Counted from the first letter of the stretch, positions 1 to 9,576 are shown. The stretch is DNA of 64,000 bases from Candidatus Woesearchaeota archaeon (GCA_003650545.1 QMQO01000001.1:4845-68844); one strand, 5' to 3'. Notes: generated from the sequence alone by a model not told the origin. Translations and numbers: made by a program.

Positions 1-1
1 T

Positions 2-265
2 GAAGTTGTGTTCTATAAGGTCGAACCAAAGGATGTAACAAGGGAGCGGCCAGAAGAGTGTAAAGATAAACCATGCATGTGCATATATGCAAAAGCAGGA
101 TATGGCTACAGGTGTGAACGCTTTAACTTTGATCTGACGTTTGCATCTGGCTTGGTTAATATACCTGGACAGACAGAGATCCAGCAAACATTGGTTAGTT
201 TCCATAACACCCGAACGATAGTTTTAAATAGGCATAAAGAAACGATCGAGATAGATGTAAAATAG
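2..265 (+). CDS. C-terminal part of a cluster protein (gene continues upstream of window); Cys motif domain paralogous to product of 4325..4969
   Basis: Frame is open to the window edge (the track start is an internal GTG). The ECKDKPCMCIYAKAGYGYRCERF segment and the following beta-like segment align by eye with RCKGNACMCLMRSSGVSFDCKIY of the 4325 gene. The stop lies 8 nt before the next start. Confidence 0.5.
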   Translation, partial: EVVFYKVEPKDVTRERPEECKDKPCMCIYAKAGYGYRCERFNFDLTFASGLVNIPGQTEIQQTLVSFHNTRTIVLNRHKETIEIDVK

Positions 266-272
266 ATGTAAA

Positions 273-1190
273 ATGAGGCTAAGAAGGCTTGAAAAAAGCG
301 GTGGTACTTTTACGATTGAAACTCTGGTTTATCTGATATTGATGGTGATGACTTTTGCTATTCTTGGAAGCTTTCTCGTAAATGTTGGCGAGGGTGGTAA
401 ACAAGCAGAACGTGATCAGATCTGTAGAACATCTGCATTGTTGAATGCAAATACAAAAACTTTTGGGGTTGATCTTTTCTATCTTGACTGTCCACAGCGC
501 TTGGTGAGAATCACAGAGAAGGATGTTACAAAAAAAGCTACTAAAAATGAGAGAAAAAAGATAAGCGAATATGGCTATAGTGTTGACTGGGATAACCAGA
601 AAGAACTTGCAGGATATAGAACAGATGCAATTATTGCTAAAGAGATGTATGATTGCTGGCGCTTGCTTGGAGAGGGTAAGCTGCCTTTGTTTGGCCAGTG
701 GGCATATGATAGTATAGCAGAGAGTGATAAGGCTGCTAAGTGGAAATTATTCTTAGAGATGTTTGAAAAACAGCTGGCTTATGTGCAAGGTCTTGAACAG
801 GCAGATGTTATGTGTGTTATATGCTCGAGAATAAAGTTTGATAAAGAAGTTAAGGAAATGGTTAAAGAAGATAGAGATCTGACAAAATGGCTAAAATCTC
901 ATCCAATACCAAGTGAAGAGAAGGTGATGAGTTATTATGATTATCTGACAGAACTCCTTGCTCCTAAAACAAAGTTAATCCCATATAGTTATAATACAAA
1001 GAATCCGCTTGCAATAGTTTATGCTAGAGTCAATACAGGGTATCTAACTAACTTGGGAAATAGAATCTGGTCGGTTCTAACTGAAGGAATCTCTGCATCA
1101 GTCCAGGGAAGTTTTTATGATGGTGTTTCGATTATTGCCATAGCACCTTACTCTGATGCATTAAGGAATTGTGATCATATTGCTAACTGA
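273..1190 (+). CDS. pilin-like (class III signal) N-terminus protein, function unknown
   Basis: N-terminus is MRLRRLEKSGG/TFTIETLVYLILMVMTFAILG. This is a basic leader, then Gly, then a hydrophobic helix with Glu at +5, as in the G/FTLIE prepilin motif. No recognisable domain afterwards. Confidence 0.6.
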   Translation: MRLRRLEKSGGTFTIETLVYLILMVMTFAILGSFLVNVGEGGKQAERDQICRTSALLNANTKTFGVDLFYLDCPQRLVRITEKDVTKKATKNERKKISEYGYSVDWDNQKELAGYRTDAIIAKEMYDCWRLLGEGKLPLFGQWAYDSIAESDKAAKWKLFLEMFEKQLAYVQGLEQADVMCVICSRIKFDKEVKEMVKEDRDLTKWLKSHPIPSEEKVMSYYDYLTELLAPKTKLIPYSYNTKNPLAIVYARVNTGYLTNLGNRIWSVLTEGISASVQGSFYDGVSIIAIAPYSDALRNCDHIAN

Positions 1191-1192
1191 AA

Positions 1193-1348
1193 ATGAAAAT
1201 GAGAAAACTTAAAAAAAAAGCAATAGCATGGCCCTACCTCTTAGCGCTCATATTGGCAGCCATGTTAATAGTGGTGCTAGCGATTCTATATCTGAAGGGC
1301 GGCTCTAAACTGGGAGATGTTTGGAATAGCTTACTAGGCAGATTTTAG
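1193..1348 (+). CDS. small single-pass membrane protein (51 aa), hypothetical
   Basis: Below the track cutoff. ATG lies 3 nt after the previous stop. Product MKMRKLKKKAIAWPYLLALILAAMLIVVLAILYLKGGSKLGDVWNSLLGRF has a basic leader plus one TM helix. Confidence 0.35.
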   Translation: MKMRKLKKKAIAWPYLLALILAAMLIVVLAILYLKGGSKLGDVWNSLLGRF

Positions 1349-1514
1349 ATTTGCTAAAGTTTGAATATTGCTGTGCTCTGCTGAGTTGCTGAGGGTTGCT
1401 GAACATTGTTGAGGCTGCTAAACCTCGGATGTTGTTGAGTTGGTTTTTATGCAAATACCAAAAAATCAGGAAAGATATAATCAAGAAATGATATATAATC
1501 CTGAATAATATCAT

Positions 1515-1575
1515 GAGAATAACGAGAATAACAAGAATAAGAAAATAATGAGAATAATGAGATTAATGAGATAAA
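1515..1575. repeat. about 7 tandem copies of a 9-nt unit (GAGAATAAC and variants) ending at the start codon of the 1576 gene
   Basis: Read directly: GAGAATAAC GAGAATAAC AAGAATAAG AAAATAATG AGAATAATG AGATTAATG AGATAAAATG. Confidence 0.8.
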
Positions 1576-2973
1576 ATGGTTGCATTAAAAGAAGTAAAAA
1601 GTGCTGTACTTCTGGTGATTGTGTTAATTGTGGTTGTAGCATTGGTTTTTCCAGTTATAAGGGATACTGTAAAGGAAATGTTAGGTTATCAACTGCCTGA
1701 ACTTGAAAGTCCTGTGTTTGCACCAGAAGAGCAACAAACTTCAGTTAGATGTACTGCAGAGGCAATCGCGTTTGCTGCTGATTTTTTAAGCAATCCATCA
1801 AAACAACGTTTTAATGAGGAAAAAAAGAGATGCGGGTGTGAACTTAGGCATAGATGCGAGGATGGTGAAAAAATCGGCTGCAAGGATGGGGTAGCATTCG
1901 GTCAGATCTGTCTGAAATGGAAATATTTGAAGATTAAAAAAATGGAAAATGGCGAATCTGTGACCACAGGCCATAACATCATGAAATTGGAAAATTTGGT
2001 GCTGCCACAGGATGTTAGTTTGTCCCAGCAGGTACTAACCGAGTTTGCGCCTAGATACTGGTTTACCTCAACTACAAAAGGACCAAAGTTTTTAACTTAT
2101 TATGAGCATTTTCCAGAGGATGAAGCTGCGTCATGGGTTATTGCTAAGTCTAACATTGATATGTCCCCAAATATGTTCTCAAGGGTGAATGATCTCTATC
2201 AGGCGATGGATGAAATGTCTCAGGCGTCACGTGTTTCTGAGGATACTCTAGGATTAATAGAAATAACCCCTAATTTTTATGCAGGACTTGCAGACATTTG
2301 GGAGCCTATATCCTTAGAAGCAAGGTCAGGGAATATGCCATTTATGATGGGCATGATTATAAAAGATCCAAGTATTAAAATAGAAGGAAAGATTGCTTTT
2401 TTTTCTGTTCCATTCTATTTAGCAAGTCCGTGCAAAACCGATGCAATCATGGTTTTTGCAAGATGTAAATGCGATCTTCCTGCAAAATCAGATATGCCCA
2501 TATTTCAAAAAAAGATAAAATTAGATGGTGAAGAATATTCCATCCCATATAGAGGTGTTAAGTTAAAAGGACCAGTTCGCCCAAAAAATGGTATTTATGA
2601 AATTGAAGATGAGTCCCTAGCTGATTTTTCAAAAGCGTATAAGTATGGCTGTTATACTGGTTCTATATGGTCAGATGAAATATCTTTACCGTTTGTACAA
2701 TCTGTTTGTATGCTGTTCATTCCTGTAAACACAGACAAGTTCTGCTATACATCTTCGAGAGCCCTGGTCTATGGAGTATATCCTCAGTTAAAAGAACAAC
2801 TATCTAAATGGCCTGAAGGAGGACTTTTTAGCCAAATCTGGGGCGTCCTTAATAAAGAAGCGGCTGTTGATGCAGCAGGCAGATATAATGTACAATACTG
2901 GCCAGAGTCTCCATCAAGCTTTAATGAAGAGGAAATCAATAACATATTAAGTGAGTATTTCACTCAGCGTTAG
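1576..2973 (+). CDS. N-terminally anchored Cys-rich extracellular protein, function unknown
   Basis: N-terminus MVALKEVKSAVLLVIVLIVVVALVF is a single N-terminal TM helix. Long ORF with many Cys and no recognisable motif. Confidence 0.55.
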   Translation: MVALKEVKSAVLLVIVLIVVVALVFPVIRDTVKEMLGYQLPELESPVFAPEEQQTSVRCTAEAIAFAADFLSNPSKQRFNEEKKRCGCELRHRCEDGEKIGCKDGVAFGQICLKWKYLKIKKMENGESVTTGHNIMKLENLVLPQDVSLSQQVLTEFAPRYWFTSTTKGPKFLTYYEHFPEDEAASWVIAKSNIDMSPNMFSRVNDLYQAMDEMSQASRVSEDTLGLIEITPNFYAGLADIWEPISLEARSGNMPFMMGMIIKDPSIKIEGKIAFFSVPFYLASPCKTDAIMVFARCKCDLPAKSDMPIFQKKIKLDGEEYSIPYRGVKLKGPVRPKNGIYEIEDESLADFSKAYKYGCYTGSIWSDEISLPFVQSVCMLFIPVNTDKFCYTSSRALVYGVYPQLKEQLSKWPEGGLFSQIWGVLNKEAAVDAAGRYNVQYWPESPSSFNEEEINNILSEYFTQR

Positions 2974-2989
2974 CACTAAAATATTCTAA

Positions 2990-3721
2990 TCATACTAACA
3001 TAAACAAGATCCCCTGTTTAAGATCTTCTTTCTCCAATCCTGTAACATTACCTACAAAAATCTTCTCTGTTATCACTGGTGTATCAAACCTCTCGGTTCT
3101 GTCTTGTATCTTGTTCAGGTAGATTCCATCTGCAACTATTCTGTTTTCAGAAAAATCAAATGGTTGTTTGATAGAATGATTTTTACCATAGATTATCAAT
3201 GTTGTTCCTTTCACATCTCTTTTCCAGTCGCTATCTAAAAAGATATAAACATATGGTTTTCTGTTCTCAAATGTCTCGAACATATAAATCTCACTTATGC
3301 CATTATTGGGTGTTAGTTCTCTGGTTAGGCTAAAATTATACCAATGAAACGGTTTTCCAAATGCAAAACCCCTGACATCAAAAGCAAAGCTGCCTTCAGG
3401 ACCAGTGTATTGCTGGAACACCATTCTGTATGCTTTCATGTTGCTGTAACCTTCAATGTTAATAGTGGAAACACCGTCCTTTGTGATTACTAGGTTATGG
3501 TTGGGCATCTCCTGAATCACTATTATAATTGAAACTATTATTATAGCGATAATCACAACATATGTCAGAATAGGTATCAAAGGGCTTTTCTCGATGGCTT
3601 GCTCTATTGCTTTGTTGATGATCCTGTCAGAATAACCACGCTTGCGCATCCTCTGCCTAATAGTAGCAAAAGAATAGTTATTTTTTAAGAGCTTCCTTAC
3701 TTCTTTTTTCAAGCTGTCCAT
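2990..3721 (-). CDS. membrane-anchored hypothetical protein (small cytoplasmic helical N-domain, one TM, extracellular domain)
   Basis: 243-aa ORF. N-terminal KRGYSDRIINKAIEQAI segment is followed by the TM helix PLIPILTYVVIIAIIIVSIIIVI. It is the only opposite-strand gene inside the cluster. Confidence 0.55.
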   Translation of the reverse strand: MDSLKKEVRKLLKNNYSFATIRQRMRKRGYSDRIINKAIEQAIEKSPLIPILTYVVIIAIIIVSIIIVIQEMPNHNLVITKDGVSTINIEGYSNMKAYRMVFQQYTGPEGSFAFDVRGFAFGKPFHWYNFSLTRELTPNNGISEIYMFETFENRKPYVYIFLDSDWKRDVKGTTLIIYGKNHSIKQPFDFSENRIVADGIYLNKIQDRTERFDTPVITEKIFVGNVTGLEKEDLKQGILFMLV

Positions 3722-4034
3722 AGGATAGATTTTTATTCAGAGATATTTATAATTTGTGGTTTATTATTCAATTTATTGATTGTTAGCTTGTTTTTTTGGT
3801 TTATGCAATCTTTTACAATGTCTCGATGTCTTGAACATCTTGAATATTCGTTGAAGATAAAAGATAGTTGACAGTTTTGTTTGTGATAGTTTTGTGATAG
3901 TTTGGGTATAAGGTCATAATAGTATATACTTATAAAACCATTTTAAGAAGGAAGATATTTTAAGAAGTTATAGTTCTCATAAGAAGGTTATAAAAACATT
4001 TATAAAAACAAAAAATATATACTGTGAAGAGGTG

Positions 4035-4328
4035 ATGATGCTGAAGAAATCGCAAGGTTTAGCCCTGAGCACTCTAGCAATAGCTGTTCTGGTTATCATT
4101 ATTATTGTGGTTATAGTTGCTTTGATTATAGGCTATGTTGGTAATTGGAAATCTTCGGTTAATATCTCTAAAACTGCAGTAGCTAAAGCTAATTGTGAGA
4201 ATTTCTTGCGTCCAGAAAGAAAATGTATGCGCCAGTGTCCAGATGGATGGGTAGAGGTTGCTATAACTGCTGAGGATTGTGAAGGATATAAATGCTGCGA
4301 ACCTGTTGCTGCAGAAAAGAAAAAATGA
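4035..4328 (+). CDS. small pilin-like protein with Cys-rich C-terminus
   Basis: N-terminus is MMLKKSQG/LALSTLAIAVLVIIIIVVIVALIIG. The short ectodomain has CxxxxxxxxCxxxC and CEGYKCC. A GAGG sequence lies just upstream. Its stop overlaps the next start (ATGA). Confidence 0.6.
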   Translation: MMLKKSQGLALSTLAIAVLVIIIIVVIVALIIGYVGNWKSSVNISKTAVAKANCENFLRPERKCMRQCPDGWVEVAITAEDCEGYKCCEPVAAEKKK

Positions 4329-4969
4329 AACTAAAAAAACCATACAGAAGATTTTCACAAAACAAAAAAGGCATCACTCTTACATTAGAGGAAGTCATAA
4401 AGCTAATTCTTGTAACAATAGTCATTATAATCATTGTTATTCCAATGGGCCGTTTTATCTGGAGGATGATGCTGAAATCACCTAGCCCGGACATGATGAA
4501 CAGTTACAAGAGACTTGATTCAGAGATAAGGGATATAGAACAGGGAGATGTTGTGACAGTGCCAATAAAAACAAAAGCAGGGGAACCATTCCATATAAGA
4601 TTTTATACAAAATCAGATGGATATTCTCGTTGCAAGGGAAACGCATGTATGTGTCTCATGCGGAGTTCTGGTGTTTCTTTTGACTGTAAAATATACAAGG
4701 GTACAAAAGGGTATGTTGATTTTAAACTGGAGGATGGCAATGAGATAAATCCTGGTGAGGTTAGGCATGTAACCATCAGAAGAGACCCAGAGAAGATAGT
4801 TATCAAGATTAGTGCTGCGTCACAACTGTCTGCAGCTGGAGAGAAAAGCAAAGAAGGTGAAGCAACTGCGTCAATAGAAACAGGTTTGGGAATCGAGGGT
4901 ATGTCAAAAGGAACAAAGGCTGGCTCTTGGCAGTGGGTTGGTAAACAGATTGTTGTGACACCACCATAA
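4325..4969 (+). CDS. pilin-like N-terminus protein with CxxxxCMC domain
   Basis: The ATGA overlap with the previous gene makes 4325 the likely start, rather than the track start at 4292. N-terminus is MKLKKPYRRFSQNKKG/ITLTLEEVIKLILVTIVIIIIVI. The C-domain is paralogous to the partial gene at 2..265. Confidence 0.6.
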   Translation: MKLKKPYRRFSQNKKGITLTLEEVIKLILVTIVIIIIVIPMGRFIWRMMLKSPSPDMMNSYKRLDSEIRDIEQGDVVTVPIKTKAGEPFHIRFYTKSDGYSRCKGNACMCLMRSSGVSFDCKIYKGTKGYVDFKLEDGNEINPGEVRHVTIRRDPEKIVIKISAASQLSAAGEKSKEGEATASIETGLGIEGMSKGTKAGSWQWVGKQIVVTPP

Positions 4970-5119
4970 AAACACAAATAAGAAATTAAATATAAAAATA
5001 TAAAACAATAAAAAATTAAAAGTAAATAATAAAAAATAATAAAAAAATAAAATATAAGTAAAAATAGATTCATCATAGAGGTGTTGAATTTTAAATTACT
5101 TGAAAAAAAGAATAGAGCG

Positions 5120-7153
5120 ATGAAACAAAAACTTTTTATGATTGTGTTTTCAGTTTTGCTTTTGATAGTACTGGGTTTATCTTATGGAAATGAACGCGAC
5201 TGTCCGGATGGATGGACTTATGTGCCAGATGGTTATGAATATCATGGAGAGACTAAGCACTGCTTGGGGCCAGTTTTCGAAGAGGATAATAGATGCTATT
5301 GGCAACAGTATAAATGTTACTGTGATGCAAACGAGTATTGTAGTTTTGGACAATACTGCCTAAACCAAAAATGCGTTTCAGAAGAGAATGTGTTTAACAT
5401 AGGCGATAAAATAAAGCTGAACATAAACACCAATCCTGATAAGGATGTTGAGATCTTGATTACAGAAAAAGGACCAATTCTAAGATTGTTGCATGACGAA
5501 CAAGATATAGTCGACTCTAAAAAGGTTTATAAGGAAGGTGACTCTCTAAGAATAGCAGTTAATTATAAAGGTCATTTATTCTCATTGTATTTTAAGGATG
5601 GCGTTTTTCATAAAGTGATTGAAAAGGTTAATTTTGGTTTTCTAATTTCGGTTGATGAAGATAAAGACGGAAAATTATTATGTGGCGACAGGTATATCTA
5701 TGAATATAACAATGGTGATCCACAAGATTACAAGAGGTATATAATTGTGTTTAAGCAAGGTAAGGATAAGTGTGAGGTCAAGGGTTTTTATAGAGACGAT
5801 AAAGAAGGCGGTGGTGGTGAAACTTCTTGGTATTATGATCCTGGCGACAAGCCAGTGTCAATAAATGATGATAGTAATCTTAGAGAGTTAAAACAAAAGT
5901 TTTATTCTTATGATTTTGTTGATGTAACAAATGATGTTGCTGCTATGCTTTTTGAATTAGATGACAATAGAGAGGTTATTAGGAACATACCAACAGAGAC
6001 AACAGAGACAACAGAGCCAGGAGCGCCAAAGGAAATTGAAGGTAAAAAAAAAGTTTATTTATGTAAGAATGCTGTAGATGATTCTGACATTTGTACAATA
6101 TATCTAAATATATGTAAAGATGAAGAGTATGAGAATTCTTACAATAGTTTTGAAGAATGCTTAGAGGCAAGAGTAGGGAGAGAAAAGGCGAAGTTTTATT
6201 TTTATTTTGTTAAGGATGTTAATTGGGAAGATGATGATGAGTTTCGGGAGTTCAGCAAAAAAAGTTTTGAGTACCTTAAAGATGTTTTGAAGAGGTCAGA
6301 TCCAGAAGCATACGATCTATTTTCTCAAAAAATTGAAGCAAAATATATAACAGACTTAGATGTTGATTGCGCTGAGCTAAAAAAAGCAAGGGATAAGAAA
6401 ACTTTGTTAAGATACATATCATATCATGAAGATGATATTGATAATCTACCATCACAGCGCATACCATATAAGGTTATTTGTGTTAAGGATACTTTCTATA
6501 AAGAATATATTAATCCAAATGAACCTTATTATGGGGAACCAGACTGTGAAACCTATGTAATAGGAACAACCTGGCTATATAGTTCTGTGATCTTTATATC
6601 TCGTAGACATCCTGATCCATTTAAGTCTCAAGTTGAACACATTGATACACTGGCTCATGAATTTGGTCACTCGATGGGGTTTTGTGATGAGTATGCTTGG
6701 AAAACATATCGGGACTCTGATATCTCTATGTCCGGTCTACTTTGGCATATTGGATGCCCAAATGAATTTCCTCCTTGTTGTGAACGTGTCTTCTTTCCAT
6801 ATGAGAATTATATAAAAAATGTTAACGCTGAGATGATTAAGAAGATTAAGGAATTTAAAAAATATGGTTTTAACTGTGTGGCGTCTCAAGACTTTGACCC
6901 TAACCCTGATTTTCCATATAGATGTGATCACAATATGAAGTGTGGTGTTTATCATATTGATCCTTATTGTGCTGGATATCCGTTTGGAAAACCAGAAGAA
7001 AAAATAAGAAGTATTATGGGTATAGGGAAAGTACGTCTTGATCCCGAATATATTATAGTGTATCCTACCCCTATAGTACCTTCTGAGCAAGGTAAGAAAG
7101 GCACAACATTAGCGAATTATGTCAGATTAAAAGGAATAGGTGTCTTTGGATGA
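5120..7153 (+). CDS. secreted Cys-rich zinc metallopeptidase (HExxH; M64-like HEFGHSxGxxDEY motif)
   Basis: Sec-type signal MKQKLFMIVFSVLLLIVLGLSYG. Catalytic-looking motif TLAHEFGHSMGFCDEYAW. Many Cys throughout. The family call is from motif memory only. Confidence 0.6.
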   Translation: MKQKLFMIVFSVLLLIVLGLSYGNERDCPDGWTYVPDGYEYHGETKHCLGPVFEEDNRCYWQQYKCYCDANEYCSFGQYCLNQKCVSEENVFNIGDKIKLNINTNPDKDVEILITEKGPILRLLHDEQDIVDSKKVYKEGDSLRIAVNYKGHLFSLYFKDGVFHKVIEKVNFGFLISVDEDKDGKLLCGDRYIYEYNNGDPQDYKRYIIVFKQGKDKCEVKGFYRDDKEGGGGETSWYYDPGDKPVSINDDSNLRELKQKFYSYDFVDVTNDVAAMLFELDDNREVIRNIPTETTETTEPGAPKEIEGKKKVYLCKNAVDDSDICTIYLNICKDEEYENSYNSFEECLEARVGREKAKFYFYFVKDVNWEDDDEFREFSKKSFEYLKDVLKRSDPEAYDLFSQKIEAKYITDLDVDCAELKKARDKKTLLRYISYHEDDIDNLPSQRIPYKVICVKDTFYKEYINPNEPYYGEPDCETYVIGTTWLYSSVIFISRRHPDPFKSQVEHIDTLAHEFGHSMGFCDEYAWKTYRDSDISMSGLLWHIGCPNEFPPCCERVFFPYENYIKNVNAEMIKKIKEFKKYGFNCVASQDFDPNPDFPYRCDHNMKCGVYHIDPYCAGYPFGKPEEKIRSIMGIGKVRLDPEYIIVYPTPIVPSEQGKKGTTLANYVRLKGIGVFG

Positions 7154-7863
7154 AACAATTAAATCATTGGAAAAAACAAACAAAAATTGGTGTGTGTATT
7201 TTGATTTTTCTATTTTTTGTTAGTCTTGTTTGTGCAGACAAAGCTTTCTTTGTGACATTGAAATTTTATAATCCTGCTCTAGGAAATGATTCTGTTGAAC
7301 TCTTGGGCTATAGTGTTGGCTATATCAATCCCTGGCCTGACGAACCAAAATCTGCAGATTATCAGATTCGGCTTTATGATAGTCACGGAGATTTGATATC
7401 TGAAAGAAATCATCAGGTGATTTTTCTTTTATTTGGGAGATTTGTCAGAGAATTAAATCAAACGATCTCGATAATCCCAATGAAATATTCCAGAGACATT
7501 AAACATATACAAGTCTATAGAAAAGGAACCTTATTGCTATCTAGAAAAATAACTGAACTTTGTAATGGCAATGGATTTTGTGATGGCAAAGAAAATTATT
7601 ATAGTTGTAGCACAGATTGTAAAAGCTATTCAGCAGACGGTGTTTGCGTACCTGTAGGTGATTTCGTGTGCGATCCTGACTGTTTACAGGGTACAGATCC
7701 TGATTGCTATAAGGTTAAACCAATTGAGGTTTCACACAGGCCAATGGAGGTGTCAGCAGAAGTTGAAGAAAGATTCAATGTCTGGATAGCAATTGCTTTT
7801 TTAGCGTTTATGTGTGCGTTACTCTTGTCGTTCTTATACTACAAGAGACGCCATGCTAAATAA
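7150..7863 (+). CDS. type I membrane protein with Cys-rich ectodomain, function unknown
   Basis: ATGA overlap with the metallopeptidase gene. N-terminal signal ends ...FLFFVSLVCA. Cys cluster CNGNGFCDGKENYYSCSTDCKS. C-terminal TM WIAIAFLAFMCALLLSFLYY is followed by KRRHAK. Confidence 0.55.
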   Translation: MKQLNHWKKQTKIGVCILIFLFFVSLVCADKAFFVTLKFYNPALGNDSVELLGYSVGYINPWPDEPKSADYQIRLYDSHGDLISERNHQVIFLLFGRFVRELNQTISIIPMKYSRDIKHIQVYRKGTLLLSRKITELCNGNGFCDGKENYYSCSTDCKSYSADGVCVPVGDFVCDPDCLQGTDPDCYKVKPIEVSHRPMEVSAEVEERFNVWIAIAFLAFMCALLLSFLYYKRRHAK

Positions 7864-8280
7864 AATTATTTTGACATTGTGTAGGATTAATTGTAGGATT
7901 AAGGCTTTACTCAATTAAGGTGTTAATTAATGATTAAATTTGATAATTGAGATTACATGAATCTGAAAAATGCTTGAGAAAGATGAACTGTACATCATGT
8001 TAGGATTGGAGATTTGTGCAGATGTTCTTGTTAGACGATATAGATGTTGAAGGGCTGTCGAAGGACAGAGTGCTTGATAAAAAAACAATATAAAAAATAA
8101 TATAAAAGAAAAAAATAAAAATGGCAAATGGTAATATAAATAGTACTATGATAGTTTGCACAAACAAAAGCTTTATAAATGATTGTTCATTATTCTAAAC
8201 AACTGTATGAAATTTGAACGATTGTTCAATTTATTGAACATTTTTTTAAAAAGATGTGTAGTCTAAAAAAGGAGAGAATC

Positions 8281-8529
8281 ATGTTTAGAGAATTTGGGTT
8301 GCTAAAACCTTTTCTGGATAATCCTGGTGAAGAGTATCATCTTCGTGAGTTGGCCAGAATGCTTAGGAAGAGTCCAGCTACAGTTGATAAGAATCTTGAA
8401 GTGTTCGTTAAAGCCGGTGTTCTTAATAAAAGAAAAATGCGAATGTATACTCTCTACTCTGCTAATGAGGCTAACCCTTTTTTTAGAGAGATAAAGCTGT
8501 TTTATAAAAAAATGAAGAAGGTGTTTTAA
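8281..8529 (+). CDS. small winged-helix DNA-binding protein (putative cluster regulator)
   Basis: The segment YHLRELARMLRKSPATVDKNLEVFVKAGVLNK looks like a wHTH recognition region. GGAG lies upstream of the ATG at 8281. The stop abuts the next start. Confidence 0.5.
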   Translation: MFREFGLLKPFLDNPGEEYHLRELARMLRKSPATVDKNLEVFVKAGVLNKRKMRMYTLYSANEANPFFREIKLFYKKMKKVF

Positions 8530-9576
8530 ATGAAGCGCACAAGGAATCGGCCAAGGAATCTGCTAACCTCAAGAAAGGGAACAATGCAGCAGTTGATCTG
8601 GGAGCCCTTGATGCACCTAATCTTAGTGTTTGTGATAATATTCCTGCCGCTGCTGGCTTATACAGCAGCTATAACAAATGACACTATGTTTGAGAAGAAG
8701 TTCTATGCGATAGATACTGCGTTGATGTTGGAGACTTTGTATGCTGCTCCAGGAAGTGTTTTGTTTGATTATGGTGAAAAGAATGTACAACAATTTAGTT
8801 TTGATTTCAGTCAGCACAAAGTAGAGGTTTTTGATAGAGAAAAATCTGGCAAAAAGCCTCCAAAGTATCAGATAATGTATTTTAATGTTATTGCAGATAA
8901 TAATGTGCCATTTGTGCAAAGCTCTGTTGATAAACAACCTCTAGTTTTTCTCAAGTCCGATGTTGTTGGAGTGAATCTTGAACCCAGCAAATACCAAGAA
9001 AGCTTTTTAAAACAGACACCATGCAGCATTAAAGATTATAGAATTACTGGTAAAGTTGTTTTTGATTATGAGAGGCTTGCAGAAGAAGAATCGCCTGTTT
9101 ACACAGAAGTTGCTGGAACTGAGAAAATGATGAGCAATAGCGATCTAAATGCGATAATGGAGTCAGCAATTATGTTAAGGCTTAATGATGCGGATGAAGA
9201 TTATTTTTCATTAAAATATTCTACTGGCTCTGGAGTGGGTTACGAGTATACTATTGAGCAGCTTCCAGAGCATGACTTGTTTATAATGTTTAAGGTTTCA
9301 GACTTGAATAAAATATATTATAACGCTGACAAGGAAAAGTACGCGAAACTTGCATGCCTATTACAGAAAGAATTCGGCTATATAGCTTCACCAAAGAAGG
9401 GTGTTGATGGTGTAGAGATTAATTTTGCTAGAACCAGGTTTGTTTACTCTACACTGGATGAAAAAAATGCGATTGTTAAGGACTTTATAAATGATGTTGT
9501 GAGCAAGACCACAAAAGCCATTGAAATGTTTTTCGGTGGGGAGGAAGCTGAGAAAAAGGGAACTGAGTTTGAGTAA
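8530..9576 (+). CDS. pilin-like N-terminus protein, function unknown
   Basis: N-terminus is MKRTRNRPRNLLTSRKG/TMQQLIWEPLMHLILVFVIIFLPLLAYTA. It is followed by a roughly 300-aa soluble domain with no recognisable motif. Confidence 0.5.
   Translation: MKRTRNRPRNLLTSRKGTMQQLIWEPLMHLILVFVIIFLPLLAYTAAITNDTMFEKKFYAIDTALMLETLYAAPGSVLFDYGEKNVQQFSFDFSQHKVEVFDREKSGKKPPKYQIMYFNVIADNNVPFVQSSVDKQPLVFLKSDVVGVNLEPSKYQESFLKQTPCSIKDYRITGKVVFDYERLAEEESPVYTEVAGTEKMMSNSDLNAIMESAIMLRLNDADEDYFSLKYSTGSGVGYEYTIEQLPEHDLFIMFKVSDLNKIYYNADKEKYAKLACLLQKEFGYIASPKKGVDGVEINFARTRFVYSTLDEKNAIVKDFINDVVSKTTKAIEMFFGGEEAEKKGTEFE

Noticed and set aside
1305-1514. 69-aa minus-strand ORF between cluster genes.
   Set aside because: It overlaps the small plus-strand membrane ORF and repeat-rich spacer. 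It is opposite to the operon direction and has no motif or RBS.
4031-4043. GTGATGATGCTGA resembles the C box (RUGAUGA) plus D box (CUGA) of a C/D sRNA. A similar ATGATGA occurs at 49266-49272, just before tRNA-Leu.
   Set aside because: The first coincides with tandem start codons of a CDS. Neither has the second box pair or terminal stem at the appropriate spacing.
4074-5076. Several antisense or alternative-frame ORFs (4074..4358, 4261..4494, 4279..4485, 4603..5076).
   Set aside because: All overlap the better-supported pilin-like genes 4035..4328 and 4325..4969. Their hydrophobic or low-complexity compositions are typical of shadow ORFs in AT-rich DNA.
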